The notes: generated from the sequence alone by a model not told the origin. A DNA stretch of 64,000 nucleotides from an uncultured Desulfobacterales bacterium (GCA_947259495.1 CAMYLV010000014.1:13761-77760); one strand, 5' to 3'. Shown: positions 44,646-55,513, counted from the first letter of the stretch. Numbers and translations are program-made.

Positions 44646-45731
44646 TTACTCCTTTTCCTCTGCTTGCTCAGGCTCTGAGGCCGGCGTTTTCGCCGCTGCG
44701 GGCTCCGGCATTTTTTCAACCGGCAATCCGACTTCCACCATTTTCTCCCTGAATTCGTCCTCATACTCATCGTAGGTATGCACCGGCACCGGGTAATTCC
44801 AGGGATTAACGTGCCGTCGGGCACGGGTGTCGGTGGGCATGTTGCGCGTCGGGCTTAAAAAAACACCGCCGAGGTGCATCAATTTGCTAAATGGAAAATA
44901 GGCAATAAAAATACTGACCAAAAAGACGTGCACAAAAAATATGGCGCTGACCCCTTCCGGAATGTTGGGCCGGAAAGTGATCAATCCCAGGGTCAGTTCT
45001 TTGGCGGCAGTCACATCAATCTTGGCGAAATAGCGCATGAGGATACCGCTGAGGGCGATTCCGAAAATCAGAAACAGTGGAAAATAATCCGATGCAATCG
45101 AAATATATTTGACCTGGCGCACAAAAAGCCGTCTGAAAAACAGGTAGCTGACAGCAGCCAGCAGAACAAAGCCCGAAAGATAAACCCCGGGCACTCCAAA
45201 TTTAAAAGCCGGATAAATGATCTCAACCCGGAAGAAACTGTCGACATTTTCAACAAGTTGAACGAAAAACGGCACCGGCTCGGTAAAAAACCGCAGATGG
45301 CGAATGAGTACCACCAGAAAAGCATAATGGAAGGCCAGCGCGCCCACCCACAAAAAAATTTCGAGCTGGTAGGACAATCGGCCGCCCTGGGTTAACTTCA
45401 TGCGGGTGTTTCTGAACAGGGACCGAAAGGTGAATATTTCCAGCGCCATCCGCACGACGATCTGCCAGCCGTTTGCCGGGCTATCAAACTTGGAATGTTG
45501 AATCCAGGGCAGAGATTTTTGCTGACCGCCCGTGGTGGGGATACTGAAGGGCACCGGCGACCGTGACCAGTTGATCACGCGATAGGCAAATCCCAGCACA
45601 AATGTGATAATCGCCAGGTAGGGAACAACGACACCCAAAAGATATTGCAGTCCTGACACCTGGGCGCCCAGATAGGAAATCAAAAAAAGAAGGATAACGG
45701 CAATCAGCGGAACGATGTACCTTAAATTCAT
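44646..45731 (-). CDS. dsrM: DsrM (NarI-like dihaem cytochrome b)
   Basis: A NarI-type membrane protein. GTGAGGTG lies 8 nt before the ATG at 45731, so the longer ORF start is rejected. Confidence 0.85.
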   Translation of the reverse strand: MNLRYIVPLIAVILLFLISYLGAQVSGLQYLLGVVVPYLAIITFVLGFAYRVINWSRSPVPFSIPTTGGQQKSLPWIQHSKFDSPANGWQIVVRMALEIFTFRSLFRNTRMKLTQGGRLSYQLEIFLWVGALAFHYAFLVVLIRHLRFFTEPVPFFVQLVENVDSFFRVEIIYPAFKFGVPGVYLSGFVLLAAVSYLFFRRLFVRQVKYISIASDYFPLFLIFGIALSGILMRYFAKIDVTAAKELTLGLITFRPNIPEGVSAIFFVHVFLVSIFIAYFPFSKLMHLGGVFLSPTRNMPTDTRARRHVNPWNYPVPVHTYDEYEDEFREKMVEVGLPVEKMPEPAAAKTPASEPEQAEEKE

Positions 45732-45801
45732 TGAACAGCACCTCACTGTAGGGCTCCGGGCTGCCGGTGCTGCCGGCAAACCCGTGGCCGGGTTGCGAAG
45801 A

Positions 45802-46350
45802 TTATGGTTTAACGCCCTTGACCTTGCGGGACCGTTCTGAGGGCTCTACAATTAAACCGGCCCGCTTAAAGGCCCGAAAGGTCTGGTTGCGCGTCTCGTT
45901 TGCGGCAATCTCGTAAATTTTTTCCCTGCAGTTCATATAAAGGTCAAAAGCCATCAGGCTCAGTTGATCAATTCTGGATTCAAAGGCCAACAATTCTTTC
46001 AGCCGGGCAGCATCCTGGAGTTCGTCTGACAGGCAGTCCCTGAGGATCTCTTTTAATTTGAGAATAAAGGCCGTGGCCTGAGACGGGGTAAAATTCTGCA
46101 CGGCGCGGATACGGATAATGGGATCCAAATGGGATTTGATCGCTTCTGAATCAAAATCGTTGAGCAATTGATCGAGTAAAAAGGGGATGCCTTCAGATGT
46201 GGTGTTACCGACCGGGTTGGCGAATTCGTCTTTTTGGCCTTTATAAAATTGAGCGGTATCGGGCGCATAGGTTTGAATGGTGGCTTCAAACCAATGCCGG
46301 ATGATGTCCTTTTTTTTCTTTTCGATAAGTCCTTTCAGACTGTTTCCCAT
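45802..46350 (-). CDS. RsbRD_N-domain protein
   Basis: ...FANPVGNTTSEGI...LDPIIRIRAVQNFTPSQATAFILKLKEI.... AGGAG lies 5 nt before the ATG at 46350. Confidence 0.65.
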   Translation of the reverse strand: MGNSLKGLIEKKKKDIIRHWFEATIQTYAPDTAQFYKGQKDEFANPVGNTTSEGIPFLLDQLLNDFDSEAIKSHLDPIIRIRAVQNFTPSQATAFILKLKEILRDCLSDELQDAARLKELLAFESRIDQLSLMAFDLYMNCREKIYEIAANETRNQTFRAFKRAGLIVEPSERSRKVKGVKP

Positions 46351-46508
46351 AAAAACTCCTGCAGGCCCGATCATAATACGCATTCGGTCAAATTTTTAAG
46401 GATCAAACCAAAGGGGTCGTTATAAACGACTTGCCCATTTCTGTCAAGGATAAATGGAAAAAAAGAGCCTCAACAAACCAAGATCAGAGAATAGGATATT
46501 TATCTAAA

Positions 46509-46901
46509 ATAATTACTTTTTTTGTCGATTCGTCTCGGGGCACGATTGGTTCTCATTAGGATGCAAAACCGGCAAAGAACTTATGGATTTCCCTATTGAA
46601 TGAAGAGGGTTATCTTCATACGACAAATTACATTATCATTGAGACGTTGGCTCTGCTTCAGAGCCGTTTGGGTTTTGAAGCGGCCTATCTTTACTCCGGC
46701 GACATTTTAGGACTTGTAGATATCTTATGGGTGCATGAGCCAAGTCATAAGAGGGCTTTTGAACTCTGGCTCAGTTTGGGCTAAAATAAATTAAGCCTCG
46801 TCGATTGTGTTAGCTTTACAACCATGCGCCATTACGAACTTGAAAACGTATTTGGATTTGACAAGCATTTTAAAGAACAGGGCTTTAAGATATTAGATTA
46901 A
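46509..46901 (+). pseudogene. PIN-domain (VapC-like) toxin pseudogene
   Basis: A single frame reads ..ITFFVDSSRGTIGSH-TAG-DAKPAKNLW...IIIETLALLQSRLG...ELWLSLG-TAA-NKLSLVDCVSFTTMRHYELENVFGFDKHFKEQGF. It has two in-frame stops and no ATG. Confidence 0.65.
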
Positions 46902-47151
46902 CCCCGGCAATTCTACCAGCCAATAAAAACGCGCCATCAGTTCGCCTTTTCCGAATTCCACAATCCGCAGCTGCTGTTTGCAGGTGGCCGAAAGTGACGA
47001 AAAAGGCCTGCAGGCCGCCATCAAAGATCAGCAGTTTAAAATCATTATCAGCGCCCTGAGCCTCTAATCGCATATTGACAATGATTTTCGGAAAAAGTAC
47101 AAGATACTTAAATAATGATAGATTTTAATTCAAGAATTAAAGGAGTCGAAA

Positions 47152-47490
47152 ATGGAGATTCACAACAGAATGGAGAACGGAGTTTTAATCATTACGATCG
47201 ATGGCCGCCTGGACGCCTCTAGTGCACCGCTTGCCGAAGAGGAAATTAAAAAAGCACTGGAGGGAGAGCAAAACCGGTTGCTTTTTGACTTAAGTTCGTT
47301 GGAGTACCTCAGCAGTGGCGGGTTGCGGGTTATTCTGGGGGCTGCCAAGGAAATCAGACGCAGAGATGGCAAGGTGGCGTTAGCCGCCCTGAAAGAATAC
47401 GTTTATGAAATTTTTGAAGTCAGCGGTTTTACCGCCATGATTCCCGTTAAAGATACTGTTGAAGAAGGTCTTAAAGAAATTGCATCTTAG
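47152..47490 (+). CDS. STAS-domain anti-sigma-factor-antagonist-like protein 1
   Basis: SpoIIAA-like ...LLFDLSSLEYLSSGGLRVILGAAKE.... Confidence 0.85.
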   Translation: MEIHNRMENGVLIITIDGRLDASSAPLAEEEIKKALEGEQNRLLFDLSSLEYLSSGGLRVILGAAKEIRRRDGKVALAALKEYVYEIFEVSGFTAMIPVKDTVEEGLKEIAS

Positions 47491-47572
47491 AAACCGTCTT
47501 GGCAAGCGGAATAAATATCGACGATAAACCTTTACTCGACACCAGGTTTCCCTGAACAGGAAAGTATGACTC

Positions 47573-48928
47573 ATGATGCCAGATAATAGCGCAGCAGAAG
47601 CCATCCTGCTGGTGGACGACAATCCCACCAATCTTCAACTGCTGTTTGAAACCCTTGACGGCCGCGGCTATAAACTGCTGATTGCCAAAGACGGCAAAAC
47701 AGCGCTTTCGATTGCCGGCAAGGCCCACCCGAATCTAATTTTGCTGGACATCATGATGCCGGAAATCGATGGCTATGAAGTCTGCCGCCAATTAAAAGCC
47801 GACCCGGCCACTGCGGAGATACCGGTTATTTTTCTTTCGGCCCTGACAGACACCACAGACAAGGTTCATGGACTGGATCTGGGTGCGGTGGATTATGTTA
47901 CCAAGCCGTTTCAGCCCGATGAGGTCATTGCCAGAGTCAATACTCACCTGACCGTTTATCGGCTTAAACAAGCCCTGGATGAAAAAAATGAAGAGTTGCT
48001 GGAGGCCAACGATCTTTTAGAAGAACGCGTCAAAAAACGCACGGCCCAGCTGGCTGAATTAAACACGGCCTACGAACGCTTTGTCCCGCGGGAGTTTTTA
48101 GGCCTATTGAAGAAGGAAAGCATTTTAGAGGTTGAATTAGGGGATCAAATTGCACAGCAGATGACTGTGATGTTCTCCGATATCCGGGGTTGGACCACCA
48201 TTTCAGAAGAGATGTCGGCTCAGGAAAGCTTTAATTTTATCAATGCCTTTTTAAATCGGGTCAGCCCGGTGATCAACGCCCACCGAGGGTTTATCGACAA
48301 CTTCCAGGGTGACGGCATGATGGCGCTTTTTCCGGAATCAACCGATGACGCCGTCCAGGCAGCGATTGCCATGCACGTGGCGGTAGCAGAATATAATCAA
48401 GACCGCCAGCAAAATGGGTTTCAGCCCATCGGCATTGGGGTGGGGCTGCACATTGGCGATCTGATGCTCGGCATCATCGGCCACGCAGAGCGCATGCAGG
48501 GAACGGTGGTGGCCGATGCGGTCAATCTGGCATCGCGCCTAGAAGGTTTGACGCGCGTATATGGCTCCTCGATCAGCATCAGTGAGCCAACCCTGTCGCA
48601 GTTTAAAGATCCCGACCAATACAAACATCGTTTCGTCGATAAGGTTCAGGTAAAAGGCAAAAAGGACCCGGTTTCGGTGCATGAGGTCTTTGACGGCGAT
48701 CCGCCGTCAGTCATTGAATTGAAAGAACAGACAAAAGAGAATTTTGAACAGGGTTTATGTTTGTATTATGACCGCAAATTTTCCGAGGCCAGCGTCAAGT
48801 TTAACCAGGTGCTGGAAAAACATCCTGAAGATCGCGCCGCCCGCATCTATCTCAAACGCTCCGCCAACTATATGGTCAACGGGGTCCCGGATGATTGGAC
48901 TGGGGTTGAAATACTGACCCAAAAATAA
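47573..48928 (+). CDS. response regulator (REC) - class III adenylate/guanylate cyclase - TPR-like tail
   Basis: The REC motifs LLVDDNP...LLDIMMPEIDG...KP and the cyclase motifs MFSDIRGWT, FQGDGMMALF and VNLASRLE. Confidence 0.9.
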   Translation: MMPDNSAAEAILLVDDNPTNLQLLFETLDGRGYKLLIAKDGKTALSIAGKAHPNLILLDIMMPEIDGYEVCRQLKADPATAEIPVIFLSALTDTTDKVHGLDLGAVDYVTKPFQPDEVIARVNTHLTVYRLKQALDEKNEELLEANDLLEERVKKRTAQLAELNTAYERFVPREFLGLLKKESILEVELGDQIAQQMTVMFSDIRGWTTISEEMSAQESFNFINAFLNRVSPVINAHRGFIDNFQGDGMMALFPESTDDAVQAAIAMHVAVAEYNQDRQQNGFQPIGIGVGLHIGDLMLGIIGHAERMQGTVVADAVNLASRLEGLTRVYGSSISISEPTLSQFKDPDQYKHRFVDKVQVKGKKDPVSVHEVFDGDPPSVIELKEQTKENFEQGLCLYYDRKFSEASVKFNQVLEKHPEDRAARIYLKRSANYMVNGVPDDWTGVEILTQK

Positions 48929-49178
48929 TTTAAATTGAGCGTTCCAAATTTTAAAATAGAAATTCTATATTTGTTCCAAGGTATTCTATCGTTTTTATTT
49001 TTTAAAATTTGAAACCCTTCGGGATTGCCGATCTTACCGCATCTACTGCGTTAGATGCTGTCCCGCATAGTCAACTATAGCGAAACAACATCTGCCTTGT
49101 AGCTACGGCAATCCTCCAGAGGCGGATCTACAGTCCTCCGAAGGCGGATCTTCGACCTCGACAATCGCTCAATTTAAA
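48929..49178 (+). repeat. R3 MITE-like repeat, copy B
   Basis: 13-bp terminal inverted repeats, tttaaattgagcg / cgctcaatttaaa. It has the same core as copy A plus an extra 44-nt segment with the direct repeat tcctcc.gaggcggatct x2. Confidence 0.8.
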
Positions 49179-49236
49179 TAAAAAATGAGCACTTCAAATT
49201 TTAGCATAAGGATAAATCTGTTTCTGGGAAAACGCA

Positions 49237-52200
49237 ATGAAGCTTAAATATAAATTATTGCTGCTTTATGCCGGTGCGGCTTTTTTTATTATGCTGGTGA
49301 TCGGCAGCTTTCTGTCATCGGCGTTAAAAGATATCACAATCGAGAGAATTGCCAGAAATTACCGCGAACAGCTGAAACACATCGATTTCGGGCTGTCCCG
49401 TTTAATCAAGGGCATTGAGCATGATTTAGAGGCCATTGCCCAAAACGAATTTGTGCGCTCCCGCGAAGATGAAAATTTTACATCCTTTCTGGATGCCGAC
49501 GAAAAATCCTTTGAATATAATTACGGGGAGCCGGAGCAGCGTATCATTTCGATATTCAACGGGTACCGCACAACCCACCCTTATGTCCATTCAGTTTACA
49601 TGGGACGTGAAAACGGCAGCTTCGTTCGTTCCCACAAACGCGCCCGTCCCACCCGCTATGACCCCAGAACCCGGCCCTGGTACGTTGAGGCGAAAGAAAA
49701 TCCCGCAACGGTTGTGCGAACACCGCCGTTTCGCTCGGTAACCACACCCGATGTCAGCATCGGATTCGTGAAAGCCATGCTTGATCCCGCGGGAACTCTA
49801 TACGGGGTTGTAGGCACTTCAATCACCCTGAAAGAACTCACCCAATATATCGCGAATATCAAACTCGACTATAACGGCCATGTTGTGCTGGCCGATAAAA
49901 AAGGCACCATTCTGGCGGGGCCAGATCAATCGGCATTGTTTACCAGTTTAAAATCTACTGATCCCCAACTGTTCGAAGATATTTATACCAATGTCGATGG
50001 GATTACCATCTTCGAAAAGGATGACCAAAAACGCTATGCATTTTATTATACCTCGCCGCTGATGGAGTGGAAGCTGGCCGCCATCGTTCCGGCTGCCGAA
50101 ATCAACAAAGTGATCCGGGTATTTGTTTTAAAAATCTTAGCGGCGCTATTTGTTGCGCTTTTGCTGCTCAGCGTGCTGACAATGATGGGCCTGCAGAGTT
50201 TTGTGATTAAGCCCTTAAAAATGCTCAACGTGGGAACCGATCATATCAAACAGACCGGTGAGCTCGATTACCGGATTGAAATAAAATCCAATGACGAACT
50301 CGGCAGCCTGGCGCAGTCGTTCAACGAAATGATCAGCTCCATCGACCAGGCGGAGTCCGCCCTGAAAGCATCAGAAGCGGAGCTCAAAAAGCATCGTGAT
50401 CACCTCGAAGAACTGGTCGCAGAACGTACCGCCGACCTGTCAAAATTAACGGAGGCTTTGGAGCAAAGCCCGGCTTCTGTTTTGATCACAGATCGAAAGG
50501 GCATAATTGAATACGTGAACCCAACATTTACCAAACTGACCGGTTACACCGCTGCCGAAGCCCTAAAGCAAAATCCGAAAATTTTGAAATCAGGAAAAGT
50601 TTCCGAATCGACCTACCGGCAACTGTGGGAAACCATTGCATCCGGAAAAATCTGGAAAGGAGAACTGATAAATAAAAACAAGTCCGGTAAAGAAATCTGG
50701 GTCAGTGCATCCATATCGCCGATTTTTAACGAGGATGGCATCATCACCCATTTCGTAGGCGTTCAAGAGGATATCACCGCGCGTAAGGAAGTTGAAAAAA
50801 AGCTGAAAGAAAGCGAAGCTCGGCATCGCATGCTGCTGGAGAGACTGCCGGAATCTGTCGTTGTTTATGATATGGAAGGCAAGGCGATCTATATTAATCC
50901 CGCATTTGAACGAACTTTTGGATGGTCGCGTGAAGCGATACTGGGCAAAAAAATCGATTTCGTGCCGCCTGAACTGGAGGCCGAAACCCAAGCAGCCATC
51001 AAAAAAATGCTGGCAGCCGGAGATGAGTCGATGTTTTTTGAGACCCAACGACTGACAAAGAGTGGCGACGCCCTCGATGTGCAGCTCAATACAGCACCTT
51101 TTCATGATCCAAATGGCCGGCAGGTAGGCAATATCGTCATTCTAAACGATATTACCGAACGTAAGCGCATGGAAAATGAGCTTATCGAGGCCAAACACGC
51201 CGCGGTTGAGGCCAACATGGCCAAAGGTGATTTTTTAGCCAACATGAGCCACGAAATCCGCACCCCCATGAATGCGGTCATTGGCATGACCCACCTGGCG
51301 CTGAAAACCACGCTGACCCCCAAGCAGCAGGATTACCTGAACAAGATCCAGTCTTCGGCCAATTCACTGCTGGGCATTATTAATGACATTCTGGATTTTT
51401 CCAAAATCGAAGCCGGCAAAATGGACATGGAATCGGTGGATTTTAATCTGGATGATGTCCTGGATAATCTGGGCAATCTGATCAGTGTAAAAGCCCAGGA
51501 AAAAGAAAACCTCGAAGTGCTTTTCGCCACCGACCAGAATGTGCCGCGCTTTTTAGTCGGCGACCCCTTGCGATTAGGCCAGGTGCTGATAAATTTATCC
51601 AACAATGCGGTCAAGTTTACCGATACGGGGGAAATTGTCGTTTCCACCGAATTGGTCAGTCAAGAGGAAGACCGGGTCACATTAAAGTTTGCGGTCAGAG
51701 ACACCGGCATCGGCCTTACCGAAGAGCAGACCGGCAAACTGTTTCAGTCGTTCACCCAGGCCGACACCTCCACCACCCGCAAATACGGCGGCACCGGACT
51801 GGGGTTGGCCATCAGTAAAAAACTGGCAAATATGATGGGCGGAGAAATCTGGGTGGACAGCGAGCCCGGCCGGGGCAGTACCTTTAGCTTTACAGCTTCT
51901 TTCGGTTCAGGGCGGGAAGATGTGAAAAAACGCTTCGCTCCGGAACGTGATCTGCGCGGCATGAAGGTTTTAGTAGTAGATGATAATCCCACCTCCAGAG
52001 AAATTTTGCGCGATTTGCTGGAATCATTTTCGTTTAAAGTCACACTGGCGGCCGGCGGTCAGGAGGGCATTACCGAAATTGAAAAGGCCGACAAAAGCAA
52101 ACCTTTTGAAATGGTCATCATGGACTGGAAAATGCCGGGAATCGACGGTATCGAAGCCTCCAAGCGTATCAAGGAACATTCCGGGCTGAGCCATGTTCCC

Positions 52201-53493
52201 CATATTGTTATGGTGACCGCCTACGGACGTGAAGAGGTGATGCGAAAAGCCGAACAGGTAGGCCTGGATGGTTTTCTGCTCAAACCGGTCAGCCCCTCGG
52301 TGCTTTTTGACACCATCATACAGGCGCAAGGTGACGAAGTGCCTGATACGTTACGCATTATGCAGGACCAGGAAGAAGTTGAAGCGTTAGCGCTGATCAA
52401 GGGAGCCAAAATACTGCTGGTGGAAGACAACGAAATTAACCAGCAGGTGGCCAAAGAAATTCTCGCGGGTGCAGGCCTGATCGTCGGCCTGGCCGATGAC
52501 GGCCAGCAGGCGGTCAATATGGTCAAAGAAAACCCATATGATGCTATCCTTATGGACATCCAGATGCCGGTTATGGATGGGTATGCCGCTACTAAAGCAA
52601 TTCGGAAGTGGGAAGGCGGAATGCGGAAAAAAGGTAAAGATCGAATTCCGATCATAGCCATGACGGCGCACGCCATGGCCGGTGATGAAGAAAAAAGCCT
52701 GCAGGCCGGCATGAACGGCCATGTCACCAAGCCCATTGATCCGGATCAGCTGTTTGCCGCATTGCAGAAATGGATCCGGTCGTCAGACGAGCGCGCAACG
52801 GTTGAGCCCGCGGATGTTGCGACCCCCCGGACGGCTGCAGGTGAGCACAGAGCAGACACCCATGAATTGCCCGACAGTCTGCCGGGTTTTGAGCTGGCCG
52901 AAGGACTCAACCGGCTGCAGGGCAATCAAAAACTTTACCGCAAACTGCTGCTGGATTTTGGTGTCACATACACCGAAGTTGCTGCCGAAATCCGGGATGC
53001 GCTGGCTGCCGGAGATTTAAAACAGGCCCACAGCCTGGTTCACAATATCAAGGGCCTGGCCGGAAATCTGGCGGCTACCGAGCTGCAGGCCGCCGCAGTG
53101 GATTTTGAAAAACTGATCAAAGGGGATCAAAAGCCGGCAGCATCCAAAAAGCAGCTCGGCCGAATATTCGAAAACCTGGAAACAGCCATCAATCGGGCAC
53201 TCAAAGCGGTTGAATCATTAGGCCCCGCACCAGGAAAAACAACCGCTGCACCGTCGAAAGACGAATTGGCGGCCATCTCCCCGCAGCTGGCAAAGGAAGC
53301 GGCCGGTCTGCTCAAAGACCCTGTTGATCTGGGTGACGTCACCCAGATCAAATCAATTGCGCAGGAACTAAAATCAAAATCCAACGTATTTGAAGCATTC
53401 AGTGATCAATGCATTCAATTCGCCGAGGACTTTGACTTCGAGGGTATCGCCAAACTGGTCGGTGAGTTGGAAAAAATCGCCAGAGAGGGTTAG
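49237..53493 (+). CDS. hybrid sensor histidine kinase: dCache-TM-HAMP-PAS x2-3-HisKA-HATPase-REC-REC-Hpt
   Basis: The H-box [16 protein letters not shown] and the G-boxes [13 protein letters not shown]. Two receivers (VLVVDDNP...[10 protein letters not shown] and ILLVEDNE...[10 protein letters not shown]). The Hpt motif is [16 protein letters not shown]. Confidence 0.9.
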   Translation: MKLKYKLLLLYAGAAFFIMLVIGSFLSSALKDITIERIARNYREQLKHIDFGLSRLIKGIEHDLEAIAQNEFVRSREDENFTSFLDADEKSFEYNYGEPEQRIISIFNGYRTTHPYVHSVYMGRENGSFVRSHKRARPTRYDPRTRPWYVEAKENPATVVRTPPFRSVTTPDVSIGFVKAMLDPAGTLYGVVGTSITLKELTQYIANIKLDYNGHVVLADKKGTILAGPDQSALFTSLKSTDPQLFEDIYTNVDGITIFEKDDQKRYAFYYTSPLMEWKLAAIVPAAEINKVIRVFVLKILAALFVALLLLSVLTMMGLQSFVIKPLKMLNVGTDHIKQTGELDYRIEIKSNDELGSLAQSFNEMISSIDQAESALKASEAELKKHRDHLEELVAERTADLSKLTEALEQSPASVLITDRKGIIEYVNPTFTKLTGYTAAEALKQNPKILKSGKVSESTYRQLWETIASGKIWKGELINKNKSGKEIWVSASISPIFNEDGIITHFVGVQEDITARKEVEKKLKESEARHRMLLERLPESVVVYDMEGKAIYINPAFERTFGWSREAILGKKIDFVPPELEAETQAAIKKMLAAGDESMFFETQRLTKSGDALDVQLNTAPFHDPNGRQVGNIVILNDITERKRMENELIEAKHAAVEANMAKGDFLANMSHEIRTPMNAVIGMTHLALKTTLTPKQQDYLNKIQSSANSLLGIINDILDFSKIEAGKMDMESVDFNLDDVLDNLGNLISVKAQEKENLEVLFATDQNVPRFLVGDPLRLGQVLINLSNNAVKFTDTGEIVVSTELVSQEEDRVTLKFAVRDTGIGLTEEQTGKLFQSFTQADTSTTRKYGGTGLGLAISKKLANMMGGEIWVDSEPGRGSTFSFTASFGSGREDVKKRFAPERDLRGMKVLVVDDNPTSREILRDLLESFSFKVTLAAGGQEGITEIEKADKSKPFEMVIMDWKMPGIDGIEASKRIKEHSGLSHVPHIVMVTAYGREEVMRKAEQVGLDGFLLKPVSPSVLFDTIIQAQGDEVPDTLRIMQDQEEVEALALIKGAKILLVEDNEINQQVAKEILAGAGLIVGLADDGQQAVNMVKENPYDAILMDIQMPVMDGYAATKAIRKWEGGMRKKGKDRIPIIAMTAHAMAGDEEKSLQAGMNGHVTKPIDPDQLFAALQKWIRSSDERATVEPADVATPRTAAGEHRADTHELPDSLPGFELAEGLNRLQGNQKLYRKLLLDFGVTYTEVAAEIRDALAAGDLKQAHSLVHNIKGLAGNLAATELQAAAVDFEKLIKGDQKPAASKKQLGRIFENLETAINRALKAVESLGPAPGKTTAAPSKDELAAISPQLAKEAAGLLKDPVDLGDVTQIKSIAQELKSKSNVFEAFSDQCIQFAEDFDFEGIAKLVGELEKIAREG

Positions 53494-53703
53494 CCGGCTT
53501 GCCGGTTGAGTGGGTTAGGGCGTTAATCGAGCTCATGTTTCTTTGAATATCGAATATCGAACAAGGAATGCAGAAGTAAGAAGGTCTTTGGTCATCAACA
53601 CTTCGACATTCTCACTCTATAAGCTATCTCAAAATTAGCAGTTCATCTTCGAAGACAGAGAAAAAAAGTTCCAAAGGTGCTCTAATGAGATGGCTTCAAG
53701 TAC

Positions 53704-54852
53704 CTACTGAACGATACCCAGCAGCAGCGCCTGGTCATCATCGGCCGGACGCCCGTTGGCAAAATTATTTACATCCTTCATGATTTCGGTGAGCAGTTCC
53801 TGGGGCTGAAGATCACCGCCGGCTTCAAGCTGCCGCAACAGCCGTTCTTCCCCGTATGTCTCCCCATTCGTATTAAAGCGTTCGGTAATCCCATCGGTGT
53901 ACATCAGAATGCGATCACCTGCGTGCAGCTCGGCTTCGGTCACCGGCACCTGCTCGTAGGGATCAATTCCCAAGGGGAACACGCCGCTGCAGGCATACTC
54001 GATCGCTTTTTTCTCAGCAGACTGGTAGATCATCGGCGGCGGATGGCCGGCGCGTGCAATCTTCAGGGTGCGGCGGCTGGCGTCGTAGACAACATATAAA
54101 GCGGTGACAAAGCTGGGGTCAGCGACTTTACACAGATGCTCGTTGAGAAAATACAACAGCTCGCCGGGCTCGGTGGGGGGTTGCGGGTAGGATCGGAAAA
54201 GCGCGCAGGTCATGGCCATCATCACCGCTGCCGGTGCACTGTGCCCCTCGGCATCGGCCACCAGAAAACCCCACTGATCGTCCGTCATTTGAACAAGGTC
54301 GTAATAGTCACCGCCGGCATACAGACTGGTTTCGTAATGTACGGCAAGCTTTAAGCCTGCTATTTCGGGCAGACCCTTGGGCAACAGCCGGCGCTGGACG
54401 ACGGAGACGACCTCGAGTTCATCTTCGAGCGCATCCTTTTTCTCTTCGACTTCGCGTTTGAGTCGATGAATGGTCAGGTGGGTGTCTACCCGCGCAATCA
54501 CTTCGTCCGGCTGAAACGGCTTGGAAACATAGTCAACCGCTCCCAGCTGAAGTCCCTGGACTTTGTCTTTGGTATCGGTGAGCGCCGATAGAAAAATGAC
54601 AGGGATGTTGGCCGTGGCGGGGTCCGCTTTCAGACGGCGACAGACTTCAAAGCCATCGATTCCGGGCATCATGATGTCCAGCAGGATCAAATCCGGCGAG
54701 GCCTTTTGAGCGATGGACAGCGCTGTTTCGCCGTTTTTAGCCACCAGAAGCTTACACCCGGTGGTTTCAAGGGTCTGATAGAGGACCTGCAGATTGGTTG
54801 GGTTATCGTCTACAAGCAGTAAAGATTCATTTTCCCGGCTGTTTTCTGGCAT
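53704..54852 (-). CDS. response regulator (REC) - PP2C/SpoIIE phosphatase (RsbU-like)
   Basis: The REC domain is nearly identical to that of 47573-48928. The PP2C motifs are GGDYYD, VADAEGHS and YTDGITE. Confidence 0.9.
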   Translation of the reverse strand: MPENSRENESLLLVDDNPTNLQVLYQTLETTGCKLLVAKNGETALSIAQKASPDLILLDIMMPGIDGFEVCRRLKADPATANIPVIFLSALTDTKDKVQGLQLGAVDYVSKPFQPDEVIARVDTHLTIHRLKREVEEKKDALEDELEVVSVVQRRLLPKGLPEIAGLKLAVHYETSLYAGGDYYDLVQMTDDQWGFLVADAEGHSAPAAVMMAMTCALFRSYPQPPTEPGELLYFLNEHLCKVADPSFVTALYVVYDASRRTLKIARAGHPPPMIYQSAEKKAIEYACSGVFPLGIDPYEQVPVTEAELHAGDRILMYTDGITERFNTNGETYGEERLLRQLEAGGDLQPQELLTEIMKDVNNFANGRPADDDQALLLGIVQ

Positions 54853-54950
54853 CCGCTATTCCTTCAGCATATTCTCATAACATACAACTTAAGGGATTGT
54901 TTCAAAAAGGTAAGGCTGCCGATCTGATACTAACTCATTTCTTTGATGTA

Positions 54951-55286
54951 CTAACTCACTTCTTTAATGCCCGCTTCAACAGAATCCGTAATAGGAATAA
55001 TTGCACCGAATCCGCTGACCTCAAACACTTCTTTCACATAGGCATTGAGGGCGCACAGAACAAATTTACCGTCTCGGCGTTTTATTTCTTTGGCAGCACC
55101 TAAAACCACCCGCAGGCCGGCACTGCTTAGATATTCAAGCTTCGCGAAGTCGAAAAGGAGCCGATTATTTTCACCTTCCAGGATGCTTTTAACGGCCTGT
55201 TCAGCTTCCGTCGCAGATGACCCATCCAAACGACCATTAAAGGCCAGAAAAACAATCCCGTTTTCTACCTTTTGACTGATTTCCAT
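54951..55286 (-). CDS. STAS-domain anti-sigma-factor-antagonist-like protein 2
   Basis: About 62% identical to STAS 1 by hand count (69/111). Confidence 0.85.
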   Translation of the reverse strand: MEISQKVENGIVFLAFNGRLDGSSATEAEQAVKSILEGENNRLLFDFAKLEYLSSAGLRVVLGAAKEIKRRDGKFVLCALNAYVKEVFEVSGFGAIIPITDSVEAGIKEVS

Positions 55287-55513
55287 TAAAAACCCCTTTT
55301 GAAAATAAATTCAGGCAGTCGATTAACCGCATTGGTGAAATACAATATCATATAATCATTTCACGGACTAAATCAACACCTTCTCACAGCAATCTAATTC
55401 AAAAGATTGTTAACCAGCCAGATCACCATAATGAAACGATGAGTCCAGCCAATGGTTTATTTCCTCATTTACAACGACGCTATTCAACGGGCAGCAATAG
55501 CATGTCGCACGCG

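Noticed and set aside
46557-46559. The in-frame TAG in the PIN gene as a possible pyrrolysine codon.
   Set aside because: The same gene also has an in-frame TAA and lacks a start codon. No pyl genes or PYLIS-like context are visible. Simple decay is the parsimonious explanation.
46885-47073. A 62-aa minus-strand ORF, with an adjacent frame reading ..QQLRIVEFGKGELMARFYWLVELPGLI, that might be a toxin-antitoxin fragment.
   Set aside because: No family is recognisable, a frameshift is needed to join the pieces, and there is no RBS. It is possibly debris of the same ancient insertion as the PIN pseudogene, but this is not supportable.
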